From Eledone cirrhosa (lineage: Eukaryota), in assembly GCA_964016885.1 (NCBI GenBank), contig OZ024743.1:35464001-35528000 (forward strand): 64,000 bases of DNA, given 5' to 3'. The notes below the pieces were generated by a model. It saw nothing but the letters and a program-made list of their open reading frames with translations, was not told where the DNA came from and searched no databases. Of this stretch, positions 40,075 through 52,026 are shown piece by piece. The stretch's first letter is position 1, and every line of letters starts with the position of its first letter. A program made the position numbers and the translations under genes.

Positions 40075-43000
40075 ATGGCCAATATAAGAGTTGGATGTGT
40101 GAATGTACGCGGCCTGGGGATGCCCTGGAAACAGGGCAAACTCTTAAACGACCTCAGGTCGCACAGTATGGATGTAGTAGCCATTTGCGAGTCCAGGATC
40201 CACAGCGAGCGACAGCTGGCCCTCATCTTCGATGACTTTCAGATCTACGCATCTCTCTGTCAGCCAGGGGGTGGGGGCGGGGTTGCCGTTTTGCTGCGGA
40301 AACACCTGGGCCTCGTAACACAGACGGTACATCTGGACCCGGAGGGTCGACTGGTGGTCCTAGACGTTGACGGTAGTGAAGGTGGAGCCTTCAGGCTGGT
40401 GGCCGCATATGCCCCATCCGGGACACCGCAGCCAGACTTCTTCAAACGTCTAGAGACTTTTCTGGGAACGTCCCGCTCCTTGCTTTTAGTGGGGGACTGG
40501 AATGGATTCCTAGATGCACGTTGGGACTATGTGGGAGCATGTCCCGATAAAGGGGGGGGGGGGGTGTAAACAGTTAATCGGCCGATTTGACCTGGCCGAT
40601 AGATATCGACTAGATTTTCCGACTGTGCCACTGTGGACGTGGACTAATCGTAGCGGAACATCTAGATCGTACCTAGATAGGGTTCTAGTTAGAAATAAGG
40701 ATAGGGACATGTTAAGCTGTCCAAAAATGTTCATGGTTGCCTATTCAGATCACAAACTAGTGACCTGCATGGTCAACCTTGATATAACCCATAGACAAGG
40801 ATCCGGCTACTGGAAGCTGAACTTGTCGTTACCGACATGCAAAGACTGCAGTAGATGGATTAGCACTTTAGTTAAACAGCACTTGACAGGGGCCATTGTC
40901 AACAACAGATGGTGGTACTCTCTCAAGAGGGCAGTTAGATTAGACTCGTTAGTTTTTAGTAAAGAATTAGTGTTAGATAGAAATAGAACCGAGAAGGAAC
41001 TGGTAGATAAAGTAGAAGAGGCAATTAGAAGTGGCAACGTAGCCAGCGTGCTAGCAGCGAGAACAGCCTTGGACCAGTTCTTCGACGCAAAGCACGAGGG
41101 CTGCGTTGTCAGAAGCAAAATACGTGCGCTGGGAAACGAGGGAGCCAAAGCTGTTAGCTGGGCCCGAGTGACGGAGGAAAAAAGTAGCAACAAGTCCACG
41201 ATTCGGTCTTTGAAGGACCAAAACGGACGCGTGATACGTGAGCCGAAGCAGATGTGTGCGGCCTTTCAGTGGCACTTTGCTCGGCTGTTCGGGTAGGGCG
41301 GCGCGCCGAGAGGGGCTATGGATTTTGGTCCATACCTCGACGGCCTACCGCGACTCTCGGACAGCGAGGCAAAGTTCTACGAAAAGCCGATTTCGGCCGC
41401 TGAGATAGGGGACGCGCTGAGCTAATGCGGCAAACGCAAATCTCCAGGTCTCGACGGTCTACCCTACGAATTTTACGTAGCAATGCCGGACTTATTCTCC
41501 GGTCTCCTGGAAGCGGTCTACTGCAACTGGCAACAGAACGGGAGAATTCCCAGTTCTGTGACCGGGGGCGTAATCACACTAGTCAGGAAGGACGAGAATA
41601 AGGGGGATGACATAGGCAACTTCCGGCCCATAACTCTGCTAAACACAGAGTTACAGATGTTGGCCAAGGTGTTGGAAAAGAGGCTGGCGCTTGTCGTCGA
41701 AAACCTAGTGGGAGAAGCGCAGACATGCGCAATCCCGATCAGGTCCATACACGACAACCTCCACCTCATGCGATACATCATAGAGAGGGTAGGGTGTAAA
41801 CCCGGCTTCGGTGGGGCCCTGATCAACTTGGATCAGTCTAAGGATTTCGATAGGGTTGACCATCGTTACCTGGATGCAGTGCTCGAGGCGGCAGGCTTCG
41901 GACCCGTGTTCAGGGGCTGGATTGCTGCAATGCACACAGCAACATCTGCTCAAGGGTCAAGGTGAACGGCTACCTCTCGGAGCCGTTCCATATCACGCGA
42001 TCCATTCGACAGGGATGCCCTCTCTCCTCCCTTCTGTACGTACTGGCTCTCGAGCCACTACTGCGGAAGTTGGAGCTATTGTAGGGCATCCCTCTGGAAC
42101 CGGGACTGCGGAAAGCGACGTGACAGTAATGGTGTCGAGCGCCTCGCAAATCGAGGAAGTCGGCACCTTACCGAAGGAATACGAAAGGTTCACAGGAGCG
42201 AAGCTGAACCGGGACAAGTCCATCGGTTTGCAACTCGGATCGTGGAGAGGCAAACCGATGCCTTTCGATGGCGTCGTCGGACGCTGGACGGAAGGACCGG
42301 TAAAGCTGCTCGGGGTCTGGATTGGTCCTGACCTCCAGGTGGAGAAGAACTGGAACGAGGTGACGGCCAAGGTGTTTGCACTCACCCAGAAGTGGGCCGA
42401 GTGCAAACTATCCTTGAAAGGTTGAGCGGAGCTGGCGAACACTTTTATAGCGTCCGCCATCTACTACCGCTTAACCGTCGTGCCTTGTCCAGCCAAAACG
42501 CTCACCAAAATGGAGCGCGCGCTCTTCCAATTCCTTTGGAAGAGGCGGGCTCCTTTGGTGAGAAGATCCATCTGCTGCCAACACCCTTCCAACGGAGGGC
42601 TGGGGATGCCGTGGCTGACGATGCGCAAACACGCGCTCAGGCTGCGGCATCTCTACGTATTCCTCACCGGACAACCGGTGTGGGCCCCGTTCGAGCCTTA
42701 CCACGACTCGTCTCGCTGACCGAGCTGCAGTCCTGGGTCAAGCAAAGACCGAGGAAAATGGGCGACTGGCACATCGAATGTGCTCAGGCGCTCAGCCCTC
42801 TGGCAGGCGGACACGGCGATCAGTGGAGACTCCACTTCGTCATTCTATAGAGGGTTGAGAAACCGTCGCGCACGCATTCATACACTGCCCGGGCGTCACC
42901 GACCTGTGGGGCTATGTAGAACGACTATTGTCGCGGGTGGGACCAATCCAGTTGATCACCGAGTCCATTGTCATGATCAAACCGCCACCCTCCTTCAAAA

Positions 43001-43251
43001 ACGAAGGAGAGGCGGTTTTCCTTTGCGTGATAGCTATGGCGAAAGAGGTTGTATGGTGGACAAGGTTGAAAGGGCTGAGGTCAGACACCTTTCTCTCCGG
43101 CCAACAACTGATTCTTTTTTTCAAATACCACTTTGGAAGAAGAATCAGGATGGAGAGAGAGGTGCTGTACCCCAGCAAGTTTTATGAAAGGTGGGTGAAA
43201 GTGGCGAGAATGGCCCGAGTGAATGGGCCTTCTCTCTATATCAGCCTGTAG
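40075..43251 (+). pseudogene. LINE ORF2 (APE endonuclease + RT), multiply disrupted
   Basis: [90 protein letters not shown]. There is a frameshift at the poly-G (40552-40564), several stops and internal deletions. Confidence 0.9.
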
Positions 43252-43498
43252 GTTGAGGAAAAAAAGGAGGAGAGGAAAGGAGTACAAACTCTTCGTACTC
43301 CTGGAGATGAGGGTTTCACATTTTTTCGGGGGTATGTGTTACCCATATGAACTGTCTCCCCTATTGGGGAAAATCGACTAATTTTTTAAATTGCATTTGT
43401 GATAATATTTTACACGTTTTTATTGTATGTAAACTTCCCCCTTTGTATTTCTCCCCTTCTTTTGTGCCCCTGTGGCTAATAAAGAAACATATCTATCT

Positions 43499-45058
43499 AC
43501 CTTACTGAAGGAATACGAAAGTTTCACAGGAGCGAAGCTGAACCGGGACAAGTCCATCGGTTTACAACTCGGATCGTGGAGAGGCAAACCGATGCCTTCC
43601 GATGGCCTCATCGGACGCTGGACGGAAGGACGGGTAAAGCAGCGCGGGGTCTGGTTTGGTCCGGACCTCCAGGTGGAGAAGAACTGGAACGAAGTGACGG
43701 CCAAGGTGTTTGCACTCACCCAGAAGAGGGCCGAGTGCAAACTATCCTTGAAAGGTCGAGCGGAGGTGGCGAACACTTTTATAGCGTCCGCCATCTACTA
43801 CCGCTTGACCGTCGTGCCTTGTCCAGCCAAAACGCTCGCCAAAATAGAACGCGCGCTCTTCCGATTCCTTTGGAAGAGGCGGGCTCCTTTGGTGAGAAGA
43901 TCCATCTGCTGCCAACACCCTTCCAACGGAGGGCTGGGGATGCCGTGGCTGACGATGCGCAAACACGCGCTCAGGCTGCGGCATCTATACGTATTCCTCA
44001 CCGGACAACCTGTGTGGGCCCCGTTCGTGAGGCGAGCCTTCCCACGACTCGTCTCCCTGACCGAGCAGCAGTCCTGGGTCAAGCAAAGACCGAGGAAAAT
44101 GAGCGACTGGCACATCGAATGTGCTCAGGCGCTCACAGCCCTCTGGCAGGCGGACCCGGCGATCAGTGGAGACTCCACTTCGTCATTCTATAGAGGGTTG
44201 ATCCGCAGCAAGTGCGACGACGCGTTCGGTGAAACTCTAGGCGTAGAGGAAAATGAACTGGCCAGTCTGTTCGGTAGGACCTTCCGCCCGGGACCGATGG
44301 ACAACTTCCAAAAGTCCCTGGCCTGGCAGTGCTACCGAGGAGCTCTACCAGTTCGAGACAAGCTCTACAGACATGGGCGCCCGGGCAGTGACCCTGCAAA
44401 AAAGATCTGTCCGAGGTGCGTGCGAGACGAAGAAACCGTCGCGCACGCATTCATACACTGCCCGGGCGTCACTGACCTGTGGGGCTATGTAGAACGACTA
44501 TTGTCGCGGGTGGGACCAATCCAGTTGACCACCGAGTCCATTGTCATGATCAAACCGCTACCCTCCTTCAAAAACGAAGGAGAGGCGGTTTTCCTTTGTG
44601 TGATAGCTATGGCGAAAGAGGTTGTATGGTGGACAAGGTTGAAAGGGCTGAGGTCAGACACCTTTCTCTCCGGCCAACAACTGATTCTTTTTTTCAAATG
44701 CCACTTTGGAAGAAGAATCAGGATGGAGAGAGAGGTGCTGTACCCCAGCAAGTTTTATAAAAGGTGGGTGAAAGTGGCGAGAATAGCCCGAGTGAATGGG
44801 CCTTCTCTCTATATCAGCCTGTAGGTTGAGGAAAAGGAGGAGGAGAGGAAAGGAGTACAAACTCTTCGTACTCCTGGAGATGAGGGTTGCACATTTTTTT
44901 TCGGGGGTATGTGTTATCCATATAAACTGTCTCCCTCTATTGGGGAAAATCGACTAACTTTTTAAATTGCATTTTACACGTTTTTATTGTATGTAAACTT
45001 CTCCCTTTGTATTTGTCCCCTTCTTTTGTGCCCCTGTGGCTAATAAAGAAACATATCT
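43499..45058 (+). mobile_element. Second, 5'-truncated copy of the same LINE in tandem; open ORF2 C-terminal 450 codons (43472..44824)
   Basis: It begins at sequence equivalent to 42166, encodes GAKLNRDKS, LSLKGR, GGLGMP and CPRCVRDEETVAHAFIHCP, and has the same 3'UTR. Confidence 0.9.
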
Positions 45059-45348
45059 GAGTCTCTCTTTTTCACTCTCTCGCTCTCTCTCCCTCTTTCT
45101 CTCTCACCCTCTATCTCTAATTCACAATCAGTTTTCTCTTTCACTCTCTCCCTATATCTATATATCCACTCAATATACTCTACTCCTCTCTTTGTGTGTC
45201 TGTTTGGCTCCCCCCTCTTACCCCATCATCATCATCTCACTGTGTTTCAATAATCCTTACACACAGCCCCTTATACTGCATTACCCTACTCTAGAAGTAA
45301 TCAGTAACATGAGGACAAACAACTACCCTTAGCCATTTATTACCCGGC

Positions 45349-47160
45349 CGGTTGTTTGGCTGACTGACTGGCTGGCTGGTTGGTTGGCTGGTTGGTTGGC
45401 TGGTTGGTTGGCTGGCTGGTTGGCTGGTTGGCTGGTTGGTTGGCTGGTTGGCTGGATGGTTGACTGGCTGGATGGTTGGCTGGATGGTTGGCTGGTTGGT
45501 TGGCTGGCTGGTTGCCTGGTGGGCTGGATGGTTGGTTGGTTGGCTGGCTGGTTGGCTGGTTGGTTGGCTGGCTGGTTGGCTGGCTGGTTGGCTGGTTGGC
45601 TGGATGGTTGACTGGCTGGATGGTTGACTGGATGGTTGGCTGGCTGGCTGGTTGGCTGGTTGGCTGGATGGTTGACTGGCTGGATGGTTGGCTGGATGGT
45701 TGGTTGGCTGGCTGGTTGGATGGTTGGCTGGATGGTTGACTGGCTGGATGGTTGGCTGGATGGTTGGTTGGCTGGCTGGTTGGATGGTTGGCTGGCTGGT
45801 TGCTGGCTGGTTGGTTGGCTGGTTGGCTGGATGGCTGGTTGGATGGTTGGCTGGATGGTTGGTTGGCTGGCTGGTTGGCTGGTTGGCTGGATGGTTGACT
45901 GGCTGGATGGTTGGCTGGTTGGCTGGATGGTTAGCTGGCTGGTTGGTTGGCTGGCTGGATGGTTGGCTGGATGGTTGTTTGGCTGGCTGGTTGGCTGGTT
46001 GGCTGGATGGTTAGCTGGCTCGTTGGTTGGCTGGCTAGTTGGATGGTTGGCTGGATGGTTGACTGGCTGGATGGTTGGCTGGATGGTTGGTTGGTTGGCT
46101 GGTTGGCTGGTTGGCTGGATGGTTGACTGGCTGGATGGTTGGCTGGATGGTTGGTTGGCTGGCTGGTTGGATGGTTGGCTGGATGGTTGACTGGCTGGAT
46201 GGTTGGATGGTTGGTTGGCTGGCTGGTTGGCTGGTTGGCTGGATGGTTGACTGGCTGGATGGTTGGCTGGTTGGCTGGATGGTTAGCTGGCTGGTTGGTT
46301 GGCTGGCTGGTTGGATGGTTGGCTGGATGGTTGTTTGGCTGGCTGGTTGGCTGGTTGGCTGGATGGTTAGCTGGCTGGTTGGTTGGCTGGCTGGTTGGAT
46401 GGTTGGCTGGATGGTTGGTTGGCTGGCTGGTTGGCTGGTTGGCTGGATGGTTGACTGGCTGGATGGTTGGCTGGATGGTTGGTTGGCTGGCTGGTTGGAT
46501 GGTTGGTTGGATGGTTGGCTGGCTGGCTGGTTGGATGGTTGGCTGGATGGTTGGCTGGATGGTTAGTTAGCTGGTTGGTTGGCTGGTTGGCTGGCTGGTT
46601 GGCTGGTTGGCTGGATGGTTGGCTGGATGGTTGGCTGGATGGTTGGCTGGATGGTTGGCTGGTTGGCTGGTTGGCTGGCTGGTTGGTTGGTTGGCTGGAT
46701 GGTTGGTTGGTTGGCTGGATGGTTGGTTGGTTGGCTGGATGGGTGGCAGGCTGACTGACTGGCTGGCTGGTTGGCTAGCTGGATTGTTGGATGGTTAGTT
46801 AGCTGGTTGGTTGGCTGGTTGGATGGTTGACTGGATGGCTGGATGGCTGGTTGGCTGGTTGGATGGATGGATGGATGGCAGGCTGACTGGTTGGATGATT
46901 GGCTGGTTGGCTGGCTGGTTGGCTGGTTGGATGGATGGATGGATGGCAGGCTGACTGGTTGGCTGGTTGGATGGATGGATGGATGGCAGGCTGACTGGTT
47001 GGCTGGTTGGATGGATGGATGGATGGCAGGCTGACTGGTTGGATGATTGGCTGGTTGGCTGGCTGGTTGGCTGGTTGGCTGGATGGTTGGCTGGATGGTT
47101 GGCTGGATGGTTGGTTAGCTGGTTGGCTGGCTGTCTAGCTGGCTGACTGGGTGGTCGGTC
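45349..47160. repeat. (GGCT/GGTT/GGAT)n tetranucleotide satellite, ~1.8 kb
   Basis: Seen directly. It explains all the GWL/GWM ORFs. Confidence 0.97.
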
Positions 47161-47748
47161 GGTTAACGAGATACCATCACCCAAGTCCTGCCTGTTCACT
47201 TTTCATATATCATGCAAAACAAGAATCCAGCCAAACAAGAATCGCGGAATTTCCATTAATTCATCCAGCCTACCTTCATTATATAATGTTATCATATATT
47301 ACACCACACCACACCACTCCACACCACACTACACCACTCTACACTGCAATCCACTCCACCACTCTGTATATCACACCACTTCACTTCATTACACAATACC
47401 CCTCAACATAACACGCTACCTCCCTCCATTACATTACACCACTCTATAACTCACAACCTTGTTTCAGTACACATAACTATTGAAGTTAACTCACAACTTG
47501 TATTCAACTCCACACAACACCCAAAATCTCTTTGTTTTATTTCATTACACAATATCACTGCATCTTACGATAGTCCTTCATCAGAAATCAGAATTAAAGA
47601 AGAAATTGGACAACTTTGAAAAATTCAAATTTATTTGCTTTTATTGTAAAAAGCTGCGACAATTCGTATAAAATAATCGGGTAATTGAAGACGAAAACAA
47701 GGTGGACAAAGGCAACTCTGTTCACCTTTTCAACCATTTTATAGTTAA

Positions 47749-48358
47749 CTAGCCGTGGTACCCGGCGTTACACGGTATAAGGTATTTTTGAACGCGGGCC
47801 ACCAATAGACCTAAAAACTGCATGCCTGGACAATATGTAAAGAAAATAAACCGAATACTCTGATGGCTGGATAATCTTTAAGATTTTCCTCGATGAAGCA
47901 GGAAAAATGCAGGTTTTCACCTAATGCGGGCCCTAGGGGATCAAGAAAATCATTTTTTTTTATGTGCATAATATGCCTTGAAATTTCGGGAAAATCGGCT
48001 AGACGTAACGCCTCCCAAAAGCCCAGAAGCTGAAAAAATGAAGTTGTTCACCTAATGCGGACCTTAGTCCATAAGAAAGTTGGATTTTCTATGCTTACGG
48101 TATGAAGAAGAGACTGACTAATACATAGTTACAATTTCAAGGAAATCGGTCTGACGTAACGCCTCAAAAACCCCCTAAAAATGTTAAACAACGCAGTTTT
48201 TCACCTAATGCGGGCCCTAGGAGATACAAAAAGTTGAATTTATGTGTATAACACTCCCTGAAACATAAATAATACACATGTAAAGTTTGAAAAAAATCGG
48301 TTAGGTACTTCTCGAGTTTTAGGGATTCAAATTCACACACACACACACACACATACAC

Positions 48359-48424
<66 letters not shown>

Positions 48425-48721
48425 TATCCTCAAGGAAGTGACGTAATGCAGACATACAGACAGATATTATAAGCGCGCGATGTTATAAGTATGTATCTAT
48501 CTAAAAAGAGAAAGACTAAGAATTATAGAGCGAGATCACTAAATCGCCTAATGTGGTTCCTGGGGCATAGAAAATTTGAAATTTCTTTTGCTCAGAACAC
48601 TCCCTGAAACATAAGTATTACACGTGTAAAGTTTGAAAACAGTCGGTTGGGTGGTTCTCGAGTTTTAGGGATTCGAACTCACACACACACAGACAGACAT
48701 CCTCAGTTTTATATATATAGA
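47749..48721 (-). mobile_element. Non-autonomous Helitron with internal subrepeats
   Basis: Minus strand A|TCTATATATATAAAA ... CCGTGTAACGCCGGG ... CTAG|T. TTCACCTAATGCGG recurs at ~47916, 48047 and 48200. Confidence 0.78.
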
Positions 48722-48779
48722 TAAATAAATTGTGGCAACTTTTCACAATAAAAGCGAATAAATTTCAAAATCAAGAAGA

Positions 48780-49190
48780 TAATAATAATAATAATGGTTT
48801 CTTTATTAACCACAAAGGGTTTACAAAAAATACATTAAAGACAACACAGTACGGTACAGGACGTTACAATATGGGTTCCTGCGTGTAAAAAAAAGGAAAC
48901 AAAAACAAAAAATGTCACAAAAAAGGGAAAAGAAAAATCCCCAATAGGGGAGACACACCACCGAGGGTTACTCGTGGAGAAAGCCCACAAAACCCACGGT
49001 CACCCTGACTGCTAGGGAAAGCGTCCTCTCCCAGTTTTCTTCCTACAATACTACAGACACATACTCAGAGCAGGCCCATTCACTCGGGCCATTCTTGCCT
49101 CTCTCACACACCTTTCAACAAACTGGCTGGAAGGCAGCACTTCCCTCTCCACCCTGATTTTTCCTTTTCAGATGAAACCAGAAAAAGCTG
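48780..49190 (-). mobile_element. Diverged Tx1-type LINE 3' fragment
   Basis: The reverse strand encodes IRVEREVLPSSQFVERCVREARMARVNGPAL and ends GTGGTTAATAAAGAAACC(ATT)n. Confidence 0.75.
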
Positions 49191-49269
49191 ATAATAATGA
49201 TAATAATAATATGATATTTTGAGTTTAATGGTGGATGAAATGAATAATGATAGTGGAGATCAGGTTGTT

Positions 49270-50300
49270 AAAGTAATAATTGAAAAGATAAAGTCTATCG
49301 GGTATCAGAACTAAATGAGGTTATTGATGCAGCAGCAACGGTAATAGAAAGGAAATGTGTGTTAAGAGGGAAAAAACCGAAAAGGACACAACACTCACAA
49401 AATCCATACTGGAATATAAAAGTTGAGAAAGAAATTGAAATGATGAGGAGAGAAATATCAAACTTGGATGAAGTGTATGCTGGAAAATCTGCCAAATCAA
49501 GAAACGGAGGTGATTAAGAAATACAAAGTAACTTCAAAACCTAATATTCAATCAAAGAAACCTTGAAACAGAAAGTACAAGTGAAAGCTCAAAGAATTAA
49601 AAGATTTGAAAAGCGAAACAGGTTTTACAGGCACAATAAGCTGTTTATGTCAGATGTGAAAAGGTTTTACAGAGAAATCGGGACACAGACTGTTCAAGTT
49701 AAGGACACTCCTTCAATTCATGAAATTGAAGAATTTTGGAAAACAGTATGGAGTACATAAAAGTCTCATAATGAGAATGCAGAAAGGATAAAGAACATGG
49801 AAGAACCGTAATCATTTAGAAAGGCAGACTTGGTAAGACATAACTATGGAGGGATTTGAGGTAGCACTAAAGAAAGCCAACAACTAGAAATATCATGGCA
49901 TTAATAAAGTGCCAAACTTCTGGTAATCCTCTCTAACAGTTACTCAAGATATACTCTTTTACTCTTTTACCTGTTCCAGCCATCCGGCTGAGGCCATACT
50001 GGGGCACCGCCCTTGTATGTTGGTAAAATATTATAACAAAATTTTGCATTGCATTCATACCTTTGACTTAAGAACTCAACAAAATGAAATATGGCTGCAA
50101 AATAGATGGCGAAACCATAAATCATCTGTTTTATATGGATGACTTGAAACTGTAAACTAAAAATGACAGCCCATTGGAAGGACTGTTGAAGACAGCTAGC
50201 AATAATGTAGGGAGGGAGTTTGAACTGGAAAAATGCGCGAAAGCAACATTCAAGAACGGCAGAACGACACACACAAATATGTTTTGAAATTCAACCAGCA
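49270..50300 (+). pseudogene. Decayed, internally deleted R4/Dong-type LINE
   Basis: KQKVQVKAQRIKRFEKRNRFYRHNKLFMSDVKRFYREIG...EIEEFWKTVWS and INHLFYMDDLKL at ~50118-50152. Confidence 0.7.
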
Positions 50301-50343
50301 TCTCGTAGATTAATCTCTACACACACGCACGCACACACGCATA

Positions 50344-50410
<67 letters not shown>

Positions 50411-50959
50411 GCACGCACGCACGCGCACGCACGCACGCACGCACGCACACAAAGTAAAATGATGTTCCGTTAAAGTACGGAAGGGAGTGCAATTAGATAC
50501 ATCAGGTAGAGAAAGTATTATATTTTATTTCGCTGGGAGATAACTTTTACAGTACCAGTTCTGTTTCATTCATCGCTGAAATCATAATTTCGAATGAATG
50601 TCAACTTAAAGTTAACTGCTTCGACGAAGGTTTTTGACAATGAAACATAGTCGAACAAGTTGGACATCTAAGTTCCTAGAGACGGAAAAAAAGTGGACAG
50701 CGTCGTTGGTGGGACTTACACCGGTCGTATGTTGGATGATTACGCTACCGATAACAACAAAGCGTCATTTTAAGCCTTACCAATCGGCCAATGGATATAA
50801 ATAAATCTATTTTTTAAAATGTGTTGAGCAAATTATGAATTTCGAATATATGTTAGCTTAATGTTAATTGCTTTAAAGGAGATTTTTGACCGTGAAAAAT
50901 AGTGGAACAAGTTGAGCATATAATTCCCCAAGAGGATGGGAAGAAATAAACAGTGTCGC

Positions 50960-51540
50960 TTGTGGGGCTTCCGAGATTCATAAATATATGAAGGTGGCTG
51001 TGGAGGCCGATCCTTGACTTGCAGGTCCAGGGACAGTGGGGGCAGGGGGAGAGACCGGAGTCAGACTGGCAACTCCCAGAGGTTACCTCCACCTCTCGCC
51101 CATCCCTACAGGGCTTGGGAGTGCACGCTAAAGAACAAACCTGTGCGGGAAAGGTTTATAGTGGGAGGGCCAGTGCACAGTGACGGTCCCACTCACTCGG
51201 TCGCAGAAGCCAGAATACAGTGGTACGGAGAACTGTTACGACTAGGGATTTCCTTGGCTGCAGTGGATGGCCACGACGTCTGTAGTGCCTTGCCGTGCCC
51301 TAGCGCTCCACACCGCTTGCTGTCGCCGCCTTCGTGACCGTTGGGACGATGTTGTCCTCCTCCACTCACTCTGCCGGGTCCAGTCTTCGCATGCAGGGGC
51401 AGGCATTCCCTATCTAACTCACCGGGGGGTTTCAGACCCATCCGGCTACCCTCAACCTGGTTCGGCCGCCAGCCAAGGCGGTTTACCGGGGTGTGGCTGC
51501 TGTCACATGCTACAGCTTCTTGGGGCCACAGGTGAGAGCT
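50960..51540 (-). mobile_element. Bipartite non-autonomous RTE derivative (5'UTR-like part joined to 3' end)
   Basis: GC-rich island. The 3' part encodes CPHCPWTCKSRIGLHSHL (RTE C-terminal C2H2-like motif). The 5' part is structured and non-coding. Confidence 0.6.
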
Positions 51541-51864
51541 GAGTGTATATATAAAAGGTATATATTGAGTTAGAAACTCAAAATGGTCTCTTACAATTAA
51601 ATAGCTCAAGGAAAGAGATTTTTCCGAGCCGTATATTATAATTGAATATAAAAGAGAAATAAACACAGATATATAGAGATATGTGTTCAAATTGTAAGGG
51701 ACCAGGTTCGCTAGGGTGAAAAAAATACTAACTATAATCAATAGGGTTTGCCAGACTCAATTTAAAAGAATAAATCAAGAAAATAAATACAAACCGGTAT
51801 GGGGTAACTACACTACGATTTGAACGCATGTCTATATATCTGTGTTTATTTCTCTTTTATATTC

Positions 51865-51930
<66 letters not shown>

Positions 51931-51952
51931 GAATATATATATATATATATAA

Positions 51953-52026
<74 letters not shown>

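Larger units (their letters stand above)
38122..43499 (+). mobile_element. Decayed near-full-length Tx1/L1-clade LINE (5' boundary uncertain)
   Basis: ORF1 with a CCHC knuckle; ORF2 with APE endonuclease, RT and C-terminal region; 3'UTR ending AATAAAGAAAC(ATCT)n. Confidence 0.9.

Noticed and set aside
45349-47160. Telomeric repeat or Trp/Gly-rich protein
   Set aside because: It is a tetranucleotide GGCT/GGTT/GGAT mosaic, not TTAGGG, and the ORFs are repeat artefacts.
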